In this document: positions 13,915 through 25,905 of the stretch, one piece after another
Numbering within the stretch: the first letter of the stretch is position 1
How the letters are laid out: each line of letters begins with the position of its first letter
Source: Eledone cirrhosa
Lineage: Eukaryota
Assembly (NCBI GenBank): GCA_964016885.1
Contig: OZ024745.1
Location: 21,638,001 to 21,702,000 of the forward strand
Reading direction: 5' to 3'
Length of the DNA: 64,000 nt
The notes under the pieces: generated by a model
Seen by the model: only the letters and a program-made list of their open reading frames with translations
The model's database searches: none
Told to the model about the DNA's origin: nothing
Made by a program: the position numbers and the translations under genes

Positions 13915-14825
13915 GTTGCACGGGATAAGGTATTTTGGAACGCGGGCCGCCAATAGACCTAATCGTGGAAAAATTGCATGCCTGGTCAATATGTTAAGAA
14001 AATAAACTGAATACTCTGATGGTTGGATAATCTTTAAGATTTTCCTCGATGAAGGAGGAAAAATGCACGTTTCCACTTAATGCAGGCACTAGGGGATCAA
14101 GAAAATGAATTTTTTTTATGTGCATAATATGCCCAGGAAAATCGGCTAGACGTAACGCCTAAAAAAAGACCTAAAAAGCTGAAAAATTAAGATTTTCACC
14201 TAATGCGAGCCCTAGGCCATAACAAAGTTGGATTTTCTTTGCTCATGGTATGAAGAAGAAACTGACTAATACATAGTTACAATTTCAAGGAAATCGGTCT
14301 GACGTAACGCCTCAAAAAAGAATCAAAAAGTTGAATGTTATGAGCATAACACTCCCTGAAACATAAGTAATACACATGTAAAGTTTGAAAAAAGTCCGTT
14401 CGGTACTTCTCGAGTTTTAGGGATTCAAACTCACAGACACACACACACACAGACAGACATCCTCAGGGAAGTGACGTAATGCAGACAGCCAGACATACAG
14501 ACAGATATTATAAGGGTGCGACGTTATATGTATGTATCTATCTAAAAAGAGAAAGACTATATGTATGTATCTATCTAAAAAGAGAAAGACTATATGTATG
14601 TATCTATCTAAAAAGAGAAAGACTAAGAATTATAGAGAGAGTGATCGTTAAATCGCCTAATGCGGTCCCTAGGGCATTGAAAATTTGAAACTTTTTTTGC
14701 TCAGAACACTCCCTGAAACATAAGTATTTCATGTGTAAAGTTTGAAAACAGTCGGTTTGGTGGTTCTCGAGTTTTAGGGATTCAAACTCACACACACACA
14801 GACAGACATCTTCAGTTTTATATAT
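13915..14825 (-). mobile_element. Non-autonomous Helitron-like element with duplicated 5' segment
   Basis: 14340-14465 is repeated at 14700-14815; end cacacagacagacatcttcagttttatata resembles the Helitron-like ends at 16660, 40610 and 41690; 33-bp x3 repeat at 14527-14625. Confidence 0.5.
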
Positions 14826-14828
14826 ATA

Positions 14829-16663
14829 CTAGCTGAATGACCCGGCGTTGCCCGGGTTACTGCTGTTTTTATTCAGATTAGGAAACAATAAATATGAAGA
14901 ATTTTTTTTTCTCATATTCACTTTACATAAAATATGTCAAAGTTGTAATGATAATAGAATTTAGAAATGAAAATCTCTTCAACCCGGTTTTACCATCTTC
15001 TTTACTCGGTGGAGGCGGAGTCCTTGGACCTTCGGACGGCTGTCTGTATCTCGGTCTGGGATGCTCTGGCAGCTGCCTTGGAGACGGAGTCCTTGGATCT
15101 TCGGATGGCTGTCTCCTGGTCGGTTTCTGCGGCACGGGAGGCGGCGGTTGAAGCAGCGTTCGTTGACCGTCTGGTGGCTGTTTGCTGTTTAGTTTCGGAG
15201 GCCCTTACAGCAGCAGTAGTTGCAGCATTCCTAGCCCTACGAAGAGCTCTTTGGCTGTCACTCTCTGCTGCCCTAGAGGCGGCTGTTGCAACTGCATTCC
15301 GACAATTACGAATGGCACGATTCGAAGCGGTAACCGTAGATAGAGAGGCGCTGGGTTGGGCTGTGCTAGGAGTACTTAAGTTTGAAAGCGAAGTAACAGG
15401 GGTTTGTGGCCAAAAATGCAGTCCGGCATCCGTAGACTGCTCATTCAATCGCCTCTTTTTTGAAACAACAGACGATGTTTTCCTACGGCTAAGGGTACTC
15501 TTTCTTTTCAGTAGCATGGTTGCAATAGTACAGTAAACAGTAAAGGGGAAGCAGGTTTAGAGCAAAGGCAAAAAAGCGAAGGTGATAAGCAGTATTTTGG
15601 GGAAGATAAAAAAAAGTGACAAATTGTTACAATTTTAAGCAAGAAAAAAGTAAACAAAAAACGTACTGGGAATGGCAAAGTCCGAAAGCGAGGTCACAAA
15701 ATGTAATGCAGTGAGAGTGAAGCACACGTCTACACAGTAGCCTAACCAAGTAACAAGTGTAGCGTTTGAAAACCAAAGCTTTGCAGGCCACTCAAATCAA
15801 CGATAAGAGTCTGCAGAATTTTTTGATAGCAGTCTTGCCAAAACAGAATAAAAGCTGCCACCTCCAGCCGTCCATGAAATTTTTTTTTTGATTCAAGGCG
15901 AAAATTTGTCCACTTCTCGACCGAAAGAAAGCAAAAACTGACTCAACTGGTGCCAGGTGGTCAGAACTGGCAGGAACTGGTTTGTGTCACGTGAAGCTGT
16001 AACTATAGCAACAGTGGTTCCCTCGGTCTCAAAGACCAAAGTAAGTGGAGAGGGGAAGGTAATGTTACTGTAACACCAACAACGTCTCTCTCTATATTCC
16101 TCGCTCAATAAAGAAGGGGGAGGGGGAAGGTAATGTTACTATAGCAACAGTGGTTCGCTCACTGACCAAAGTGGAGAGGGGAATGTAATATTTCTGTGAC
16201 ACCCAAAACTTCTCTCTCTATCTTCCTCTCTCTCTCTCTCTCTCTCTAAAGAAGGGGGAAGGGGAAGGTAATGTTACTATAAGACCTGTTATTCCTGTAT
16301 CTCTATATACGAAGTGGAGATTCGACCTCGAGCTTCACTCTCGACCGAATTTCGAAATGATTCGAACACGTCAACAAAATTTAGACTCTTTTCTACCCAT
16401 ATTAGCAAAAAACCGGGTCAAAAAACTCAAAAGGAAAAATTTTTCACGCGTGCATAAAATGCAACCTCATCTCCCGATTTCACCCAAAATAGACAAAAAG
16501 GTGGATTGCGGGCCCCCGGGGGGACCTATCAAAAAACAAAGTAGCATAAGCAATGTAAAGGGTCATAAGGAGTGATGTATGCAAATTTGAGCGAGATCGG
16601 GCGAGCGGTGTAGACGCAACCTCGAATAATGTAGCATCCACACACAGACAAACACACATCCTC

Positions 16664-16672
<9 letters not shown>
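14829..16672 (-). mobile_element. Helitron-like deletion derivative
   Basis: Minus-strand 3' end: hairpin cccgggcaacgccggg then CTAG|T; 5' end (TA)-aaacagaggatgtgtgt like the element at 40157-41706; internal triplicated ggggaaggtaatgttact motif at 16045-16280. Confidence 0.7.
15002..15517 (-). CDS. 171-aa ORF with four 23-aa repeats (STPR-like), probable N-terminal remnant of a Helitron protein
   Basis: AASRAAESDSQRALRRARNAATT / AAVRASETKQQTATRRSTNAAST / AASRAAETDQETAIRRSKDSVSK / AAARASQTEIQTAVRRSKDSAST; basic NLS-like N-terminus; same strand as the Helitron. Confidence 0.6.
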   Translation of the reverse strand: MLLKRKSTLSRRKTSSVVSKKRRLNEQSTDAGLHFWPQTPVTSLSNLSTPSTAQPSASLSTVTASNRAIRNCRNAVATAASRAAESDSQRALRRARNAATTAAVRASETKQQTATRRSTNAASTAASRAAETDQETAIRRSKDSVSKAAARASQTEIQTAVRRSKDSASTE

Positions 16673-16723
<51 letters not shown>

Positions 16724-16861
16724 ATATTTTTATATATATACATATACATTTACTATTTTCCCCTTTACATTACGTCCGTTATTTTATTTTATATCACCCT
16801 CGCTTTCAATTGTTTTAGAATTTGTTTTGAAATCCTTATCTCACATCCGTTTTAAATACAT

Positions 16862-16933
16862 TTTCGTTCTGACGAACGATTTCAGTCGTCGTGTCAAGCT
16901 CGTCTGTCTTCGTGAAACCTTTGGTAAATGAAA
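16862..16933 (+). ncRNA. Type I hammerhead ribozyme (family B)
   Basis: tttcgtt-CTGACGA-acga..tcgt-GAAA-cctttgg-TA-aatgaaa: 7-bp stem I with one G-U, stem III acc/ggt. Confidence 0.8.
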
Positions 16934-16970
16934 TAATTGTCTTATATTGTTTATTACATAACTATATGTA

Positions 16971-17022
<52 letters not shown>

Positions 17023-17032
17023 CATGTACATA

Positions 17033-17226
17033 TAGTTATGTAATAGATAACATAAGACACTTATTCCATTTACCAAAGGTTTCACGAAGGGAGACGAGCT
17101 TGACACAGACATCTGAAATCGCTCATCAGAAAAATCGTTCATTCAGACGTCTGTGTCGAGCTCGTCTGCCTTTGTGAAACCTTTGGTAAATGGAATATTT
17201 GTCTTATGTTGTTTATTACATAACTA
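17033..17226. mobile_element. Fold-back element, HHR family B
   Basis: Arms ~17033-17120 and 17142-17226 are reverse complements; CTGATGA...GAAAcctttggTA on the minus strand at 17064-17134. Confidence 0.8.
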
Positions 17227-17281
17227 AATAGCTCTGTAGCCTACATAGAGCACTCTCCTTTCCTTTACCATTCCTACGGAA

Positions 17282-17329
<48 letters not shown>

Positions 17330-17360
17330 AGAACATTTTCGCTCTACATGGCTGAATACA

Positions 17361-17624
17361 ATAAATGTAATCTGAGTTTTTCGAATATTAATAACATTCG
17401 AATCGTTTGCAATTATGCAAACAAGCCTCAATTTTATAGCCATGTCAGTAGAATGAACCCTTCATTCTTGCTCTTGTGTTGGCATGTTCACATGTTCACA
17501 TGCCAACACAAGAGCAAGAATGAAGGGTTCATTCTACTGACATGGCTATAAAATTGAGGCTTGTTTGCATAATTGCAAACGATTCGAATGTTATTAATAT
17601 TCGAAAAACTCAGATTACATTTAT
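17361..17624. repeat. Perfect 264-bp palindrome (127-bp arms, 10-nt spacer)
   Basis: 17361-17487 is the reverse complement of 17498-17624; the right end joins (TA)n; no convincing HHR. Confidence 0.9.
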
Positions 17625-17643
17625 ATATATATATATATGTATG

Positions 17644-17715
<72 letters not shown>

Positions 17716-17984
17716 CATAAAATCCCGACGTCGGCGCCAAGCGGTTTCGGCTTGTGTGTGCTATATAGTGTTTTTCTCAAGGTAATTATAATCTCCATCT
17801 CCCAAAATGTATCGTATCTCTGTAAATATATATTAAGGACATTTTGAGGAAAAATATCCTGTGTGGGACACTCTACATGTCACCTATAGTTTCAAGTGAT
17901 AGCTCTAATTATTTGAGGTGGTGTGGCCTGATACAAGAGACGTTTCCTTCTATTTAAATGCATTTCTATAGATATATTTCTATT

Positions 17985-18547
17985 TATTGCCACGAGGGCG
18001 CAAAAGAAGGGGGCAAATACAAAAATATAAAATACAAAAATATAAAACAAATAACAAATATAAAATTAACAATAAAGTCCTCAATAGGGACGAGGGTTTT
18101 GGGGGGTCGCACCCCCCCCCCCGAAAAAAGTGTGCCACCCTTCTCCCCAGGAGCACAGAGAGCGTACTCCCTCGTTCCTTCATCTTTTCCACCTACAGGC
18201 TGATGTAGAGAGAAGGCCCATTCACACGGGCCATTCACGCCACTTTCACCCACCTTTCATAAAAACGACTGGGGTGGAGCATCTCCCTCTCCATCCTGAT
18301 CCTTCTTCCGAAATGATATCGGAAGAAACGGATCAGATGTTGGTCAGAGAGAAAGGTGCCTGTCCTCAGTCCTTTCAGACGCGCCTACCATACAACCTCT
18401 TTCACCATGGTTATTACGTACAGAAACACCGCCTCTCCTTCATTTTTGAAGGGGGGAGGCGGCTTAATCGTTACAATGGCCTCGGTGGTCAACCGGATTG
18501 GTCCCACCCGTGGCAGCAGTCGTTCGACATAGCCCCACAGATCGGCA
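17985..18547 (-). mobile_element. Tx1-like LINE, 3' fragment (copy 1)
   Basis: ADLWGYVERLLPRVGPIRLTTE peptide and 3'UTR shared with the other copies; 5' junction abuts (ATAG)n. Confidence 0.9.
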
Positions 18548-18609
18548 TTTCTATAGATAGATAGATGGATAGATGCGCAAAACTGTAAGATCTCATATGA
18601 TAAGATCCC

Positions 18610-18830
18610 ATAACGCCTTGTGTCTAGGGTACTTTTAAACTTGGCGGAGCCTAATCCGCTCCAGGTCTGAACACAGCCGATTTTTTCTATAGAGGAAGAA
18701 TCGACACCAGTACTGGACTGGTACTTTTTTTTTATCGATCTCGAATGGATGAAAGACAAAGTTGACCTCGGCGCGATTTGAACTCAGAGCGCGCAATGAT
18801 GTGCGACTAATACCGTAAAGCATTCTTCGC
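18610..18830 (-). mobile_element. tRNA-derived SINE (partial)
   Basis: Reverse complement of tctgagttcaaatcgcgccgaggtcaactttgtctttcatcc...gataaaaaaaaagtaccag. Confidence 0.75.
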
Positions 18831-18915
18831 GCCCTATGTGCAAAACTATACAGGCGTCAATACACATGGTCATACAAAATTGTTGGCCTTCTGTCTAAAT
18901 CAGAAACCATTATTG

Positions 18916-19100
18916 GATTGGCAGTATCGGTAGAGGGTCGGACGCCATGCTTTGACGCATAGAGTTACGGCCCTTGCCATTCTGAGTTCAAATCCCGCCG
19001 AGGTTAACTTTGCCTTTCATCCTTATGGGGTCGATAAAATAAAGTAACATTAATGCACTGGGTAATTGCTGGCCTTGTGCGAAAAAGTAGAAACGATTAT
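18916..19100 (+). mobile_element. tRNA-derived SINE
   Basis: A-box-like tggcagtatcgg, B-box gagttcaaatcc, conserved ctttgcctttcatcc..ggggtcgataaaataaagta core, ggccttgtgc tail. Confidence 0.85.
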
Positions 19101-19277
19101 TTTATACTGGCAGAATCAGTAGAGCGTCGAACAAAAAAATATTAATGCAAAATAATTTAAAAACACGAGATACATGAAATTATAATCAACATACATAACA
19201 GTTAACTGGCGAAAAATATACATATATGTAATATATATTTCACTGATATAGACATATCTCGAAAGAGTACACATATT

Positions 19278-19580
19278 CCGTGTTGGATTTAGACCTTGGG
19301 GGGCCCGGGGCGCTTCAGCTTTGGGGGCCCCTCATACACAAAAAAAAAAATAGAATATACAGCAAACCATCTAATTTTATATATGAAAGTTTACTTGGAG
19401 CAAGTATTGGAATTGAAAAATTATACATAAAAATATTAAATTCCAAATTTCTAACCATCCTAAAACTAAAACGCCCAGCTGAGGGTACAAATAAATTGCT
19501 ACGGTCGTCACTGGTGGGGCTCCCACTGCAAGGGGCCGGGGAAATGGCCCCATTTGCCCTAACCATTGAATCCGACCATG
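19278..19580. mobile_element. hAT-type MITE
   Basis: Perfect 8-bp TSD cacatatt (19270-19277 and 19581-19588); degenerate TIRs ccgtgttggattta / tgaatccgaccatg; GC-rich ggggccc subterminal motifs. Confidence 0.8.
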
Positions 19581-20356
19581 CACATATTCATATAAATGTT
19601 AAACACACACACACACACAAACACACACATATTTAAACACACACAAACACTCTTGTACGCAGTTTTTTTTTTCTGTTTGTGTGCAACTATTTTTTACTGA
19701 CACATATTTGTGTGACTTCTAGCGATGATAAGGCATGACAAACCAAAGAGATAAAAACTGACGCTGGCCAAATTGAATTTGTCGGAACCAGTTCATGAAA
19801 TTTTCTTCATATAAACAACATTATGAACAGCAAAAGATATTTAAACTAACATTTTGTATTATAAAGATATAACAACATTGTATTCCTTCAAAGTAGGTAG
19901 GTCAGACTCAACATCACTGAACTTCCTCCATAACAATATTATCCACAACAAAATTTATTTAGCTTAACATTTTAAGTTATAAAGATGAAATAAAGCTATA
20001 TTTTTTGAAGAATAGAAAAACTGGAACGAGTCCTTATTATTCTTTTTATTTGTAAATGTTCGGGTGGAAGTTCCCTAGCCCGGGCCGGGGCTTTAAGACC
20101 GAACAAGTATTATAAATATTGAAAATAATGTTCTGAGGATCTTATTGTTGTTTTGAATCTAATAGACCTGACTAGTTCTCAAGCTTAGTACGAGTAGCTC
20201 GAGGTGCCCAAATGCTGGAATATATACATGAATCTATGTATAGTATATTTGGCAATGTACCGTATGTTTAATTAAAAACATTTAGAAGACCATACGCTAT
20301 CAGTTTTAAAGTAGTGACTATGTCACTTACTTCTTTTCGGCGAAAGAAGGGATAGA

Positions 20357-20398
20357 AGCTGAGAGTCTGTTTCACGCTGGTTGGCGTTCATAAGAGCC
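20357..20398 (-). ncRNA. Degenerate type I HHR (family E); partial sister copy at 34859-34880
   Basis: ggct-CTTATGA-acgc..gcgt-GAAA-cagactc-TC-agct; the sister copy keeps stem III GAAAcagagctctgTC; flanks 20260-20350 and 34770-34860 are homologous. Confidence 0.55.
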
Positions 20399-20450
20399 AC
20401 GTACTCAGACTGTCTGTATACATCGCTATTTCAGAGCACCAATCCTAATA

Positions 20451-20683
<233 letters not shown>

Positions 20684-20744
20684 CATATATATATATACAT
20701 ATATATACATATATATATACATATATATATATACATATATATAC

Positions 20745-20846
<102 letters not shown>

Positions 20847-21130
20847 CCTGGTATGTGTATTGCATCTTTTCTTCTAACTTTAATTTTATACCTAATTGTG
20901 TATGGTTGACGATATATTTAATCGATTTCCACGTGCTATTGAAATGCTGGGTAAATATTCTATAGCTGTTGATCGCGAATAGATGGCTGTCGTTTATTTA
21001 TCTATTATTTCTTCATAGGAGCCTTTTAATCTTATAGCCTGGTTTAATTGTTTTTTTGTGTGGTTGATTATGCTGATTGGGAGAGGAGATAGTGTATATA
21101 TCTTATCAAATGATTCTATGGACATACTTT

Positions 21131-21173
<43 letters not shown>

Positions 21174-21221
21174 CAGGAAAGAAGGTTTACATGGTTTGCT
21201 ATACAAAAAAGTTTTTAATCA

Positions 21222-21334
21222 CATAGCTTACATTTGTTTCACTGAACTGGTATGTCTAGAGATCGCTATCCGCTTAATTTTGCGTTACTCGATCGCCAAT
21301 ACAGAATTATAACCAGTCAGATCTTCGGAGCATG
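21222..21334 (-). ncRNA. Type I HHR-like motif with CCGAAGA core and long stem II
   Basis: catgct-CCGAAGA-tctgactggttat...ataccagttcagt-GAAA-caaatg-TA-agctatg. Confidence 0.6.
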
Positions 21335-21549
21335 CGAGAATGAAGAAAATACACAGGCAAGAAAAGAAAAGAAAATACAGGCTACTATATGAAGTAGTAA
21401 TGGCATTCAATTAGAACAATAACAACAATTACAACAAAGCCAAGCGTTAATATCATCCACTACCTGGAATACCATAACTGGACTTCACCTAAGTGGACTG
21501 CATTTAACTATTATTTGTTATCCGTATATATATATATATATATATATAA

Positions 21550-21810
21550 AGGTAAAGACCCCCTTCGGTCTCGAATGACCATGGGATTTGCACTTGGAAA
21601 GTTTCCCTCTAAGGCACAAGTCTGATGTTGTCTAGGGGAAAGGCTAAGACCGATACAGTTTGGCACCATTGTCGTCGTAACTCATTTCTATAGCTGAGTG
21701 AACTGGAGCAACCTGAAATAAAGTGTCTTGCTCAAGGTACTTGTGAGAAACGAACTCACAACGTCACGATTGTAAGCCCGACGTTCTAACCACTAAATCA
21801 TGCGCCTTCA
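21550..21810 (-). mobile_element. tRNA-headed SINE (second family)
   Basis: Minus-strand head gaaggcgcatgatttagtggttagaacgtcggg..gtgagttcgtttc then cttgagcaagacacttta; related pieces at 23368-23500 (+) and 25905-26040 (-). Confidence 0.7.
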
Positions 21811-21838
21811 CACACACACGCACATGTAAATATATATA

Positions 21839-21914
21839 CAGGGTGTCCCAAAACATATATACACATTTCAACAGCATTCTAACCAAAGTGTGTATACATT
21901 TTTGGGACACCCTA
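21839..21914. mobile_element. 76-bp Tc1/mariner-type MITE
   Basis: TIR cagggtgtcccaaaa / ttttgggacaccct with TA on both sides. Confidence 0.8.
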
Positions 21915-22159
21915 TATATATATATATATATATATCTATATATAAATCATGATTTCTCCCGAATTAAACACTTCTAGTCCTGTAGAAGCTTTTCTATATT
22001 TAATATTTATACTCTGCTTTGTATTGAGTACCTTACTTTCTGTGGTTACCCCAGATTGAACCCGGATAAACTTATATATATATGTTGGTGTTGGGTGCTT
22101 AAGACGTCCGTATGCGGTAGGCCGTTTGAGCACTCGATGCTCTCATAGAGCAGAGTATG

Positions 22160-22477
22160 ATATCACAGAAAGAAGTAGAATCAGTGTTGCGACGAATGGA
22201 ATTTATTGGATATATTACAATAGTTTCTCTGGCGACCAGCTCAAGGCACGATCGATGTGATGATCGAACCTGACTCTGAAAATTGCAAGGTCCACAGATA
22301 CGTCTTGATTCTACGAAGCTTCGTAGAATCAAGACGTATCTGTGGACCTTGCAATTTTCAGAGTCAGGTTCGATCATCACATCGATCGTGCCTTGAGCTG
22401 GTCGCCAGAGAAACTATTGTAATATATCCAATAAATTCCATTCGTCGCAACACTGATTCTCTTTTTTTCTGTGATAT
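22160..22477. repeat. Spacer-less palindrome (~159-bp arms) centred on AAG|CTT at 22318/22319
   Basis: Arms are reverse complements except in the outer ~15 nt; right end joins (TA)n; weak HHR-like CTGTGGA...GAAActattgTA. Confidence 0.9.
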
Positions 22478-24175
22478 ATATATATATATATATTTGTGTC
22501 TGTGTGTGTGTGTGTGTGTGTGTAAGCGCAAAAACTTGTATAAGAATTATGACGTTACATCATACATAATACATTAAAATTATAATTTAATTCAACTACA
22601 AATCACGTAATGTAATGAATATACACCCAAATGAGGGAATTCATTTTAACTGAGATATCACGTTTTCGGATCCCTTGACACCTCCTAAGTATTTTTATAT
22701 TCGAGTCACTGGTAGACTCTGTGCGGGATTAGTATACTTGAATGAAGTACTATATTAGGTATTACGTACACATTTGACAAAATCTGACTGGGGTTAATTA
22801 TAGATTTAATTCCACGGCACATCATGCAATACATATAAGTAAAAATGTTTTTTCAGGTTAAAATTATAAAACAAGACGAAAGACAATTGACGAAAGTAAA
22901 AAAGAAAGCCATCTCAGTTATAAATATAAATACCTTTATGAGAAGTACCCGCTTAGATAGAGACTAAAATGGAACACGTGTCACACACCTGTAGTTCTGT
23001 TGAGCCGTAAAATAGAAACAGAAGGGCTTATATCCACACCACAAGACCACAGTGTCAACATCACTAACTGTAAGAAAACAATTCTAAAAATGACAACCGA
23101 TTCGAAACGTTACATATGGGGAGCGTATGCTCGCAACAGTATGAAATACTTGTCAGCATTAAATACGTATATATACATATATATAACAGCTGGGAAGTAT
23201 ATAAGTATTACCACATCCCTTTCTCAAATAAATAATACGAAATATTTCAGCTTCACTCGCAGTTCGAAATACCTGATTGGGTAAGTCATTGGATTACGAG
23301 CTCTTGAAATTTGAGTTTGAATTTAGTTGCATTTTTTTAAAGGAGTTTTTGTTAATTTTTTTGTTTTAGGCGGGTGGATTAGTGGTTAGAGAATTAGATT
23401 AGCAATCGTGAGGGTGCGAGTTCCATTCCCGGACTAGGTGATGCGTTATGTCCTTCAGTAAGACACTTTACTTCACTTTACTCTTTCAGCCAGGAGTTGG
23501 GAGACCAGAAGATAGTATCAGCAATGGAAATATTATTTCCTTCGTCCGATTTTGCGAATTCCACCTCACCCGGTAAGCGAATGAGGTCTGGGGGTTTTGT
23601 CGATCGTTCTTCTCTTGCTCTCTCATGATTTTTTAATTCATTTATACATTGGGAGGTAACATTTCTAAAGGTAATGAATATAAAAAGACACACACACACA
23701 TATATATATAGTAATAATAATAAATGTGAAGACTAAAATCCAAAGAGGGCTCGATAAGGATAAATATATATCAGATATATAAGAACCCTAGACTAAAATT
23801 TATTAAAATAACAGCTCAGCCGGATGGCTGAAACAGGTAAAAGAGTAAAAGAGATTAAAGTTTAAGCAAAGAATCGCTGCTTTCACCCTTAACGGGATCT
23901 TCTGAAACTAAAAAAATCAATCTGTGAACGCAGAAGTAAATATTTCGAAAAACGTTGCAACCGAAGGAAAACAGGAAGACGATACTTTGGTTCGTGAAAA
24001 CGTTCCCTGGCAATGAACGGAAAAAGGCAAAGAAAATATGTCGTTATGTAGAGCGGTGAGAACAATTACACGCAAAGACAAAAGCACGTTTATGGTATAA
24101 ATGGAGTCATTAGACTAATATTCTATTTAGGAAACCGAATGATTCTCGGCTTCGGAATTAAGAATAATGTAAAAA

Positions 24176-24237
<62 letters not shown>

Positions 24238-24292
24238 GTGAGGTTTTTTTTACAAAATGAAAAATAACCGAGGTGTCCTACACGAGTGAAAG

Positions 24293-24603
24293 TATAAAGA
24301 AAAAGAGATGAAATCGAAAATGCAACTGGAGTCTTATTTTTTTTTGAAATATATATATTTATTTGGTTCCTTTACCGGTTTCGCAGTTCTTCTGCTTTTC
24401 AAAAGGTGAGTTGAGATGGAGGGTCTGTGGTTTTTCTCACATCGGTGAGAAAAACCACAGATGTGAGAAAAACCACAGACCCTCCATCTCAACTCACCTT
24501 TTGAAAAGCAGAAGAACTGCGAAACCGGTAAAGGAACCAAATAAATATATATATTTAAAAAAAAAATAAGACTCCAGTTGCATTTTCGATTTCATCTCTT
24601 TTT

Positions 24604-24610
<7 letters not shown>
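24293..24610. mobile_element. Fold-back element, HHR family D
   Basis: ~150-bp reverse-complement arms; centre holds a duplicated gtgagaaaaaccaca; right end joins (TA)n; third copy at ~36360-36468. Confidence 0.85.
24497..24534 (+). ncRNA. Minimal type I HHR with U3-A8 variant core (mirror copy 24369-24406, minus strand)
   Basis: cctt-TTGAAAA-gcag aagaa ctgc-GAAA-ccgg-TA-aagg. Confidence 0.72.
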
Positions 24611-24654
<44 letters not shown>

Positions 24655-25661
24655 TATTCTTTATAAGACATGCCTGATGATCCTGGTGAAACTCCAGAAT
24701 AAGAAGTCTCATCTCTTAGACATAATAAACAATATTCAAACAGAACTTCCACCAACAAAATTCTGCTCAGAGTTTGTTGGTCAACTTAAGACAATTGTAG
24801 AAGGCAATTTCTGAAGATGCTGAGCAGGTACGATATGATTGCAAAAGGAAGTTATTAAAGAAACAGTTATGCATGCACACATTTACCTAATGCAAAATAC
24901 AACAACAATAATATTAATAATAAATATTTCTATCAGATTTCTACGTATACTGTTCCCCATACAAGATGAATGGCTGCAGGGAGATTGCAGTTATTGGGGG
25001 CAGTTGTTCTATATAAATAGGAACCACATCAATCTCATAGGTTTGAGAAAGCTTTAAAATGTCCTGGACACGACCCTCTTCTGCCATTACAAAACACAAA
25101 CAAAACAAAATAATTATTTATATACTTGTATTTTATATTTTCTTGGCTATGTGTGTATGTGTGTATGTAGATAAATGGGTTTGAGAGTGTAGGTGAGAGT
25201 GTATTAAAGTGTATGTATACGTGAAGTGCTGATATGCCTTACATATAGTACAGGTGTACATGCAAAATAACCACCTCCTCCAACACTAACACCAGCACCA
25301 CCACCACAACAACAGAAACAACATCCTCCGCCTCATCATCATCATCATCATCATCAATAAATGAAACTATAAAAAACAACATCAGCAACTATATCAGAAG
25401 TAATCAGTGGAGAAGCAATAACAACAACGACAGTAACAATAGTGAACAATAACAACAACAACAGCAGCAGCAGCATGAATAACAGCAGTGTTGGATCTCC
25501 GTCGTTTTTGAAGAAGAGTGTATGGAATTGATTTGTAAGTGGCTGAGTATTCCACAGACACATGTAACCATAATGTAGTTCTCGGGGAGATCTAGCGTGA
25601 GACAGGGCTGGTTCTTATAATTACAGAGAGAAACTCATTTTTCTTGTTGAGTGGACTGGAG

Positions 25662-25905
25662 CTTCTTCTTCTTCTTCCACTTATTTCTGGGGTGGTCATG
25701 TAGACAGAAGCGGTGGCCCCTATCAGAAGCAACCCTCTTCAATAGATCCGGCTGTATCCCCTCCAAGCGAGGCCTGTTGAAGTAAGTCATTGATATTACC
25801 CAACCATCTCACTCGGGTTCTACCACTGGGTCCCCTGCCGGTTGATTTTTACCCTAAAAAATGTCCCGTGATTCTTTGTTGAGACATTCTAACCACATCT
25901 CCTTA
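25662..25905 (-). mobile_element. RTE-like LINE 3' fragment with (GAA)n tail
   Basis: Minus strand reads TGRGPSGRTRVRWLGNI (cf. RPRGRPxxRWxD); cttcttcttc tail on plus. Confidence 0.55.

Noticed and set aside
22845-23290. Possible host exon (ttttcag acceptor, later ggtaag donor)
   Set aside because: Stops in the candidate frames and no recognisable protein.
23368-23440. tRNA gene
   Set aside because: A/B-box-like head continues into a SINE body; no full cloverleaf.
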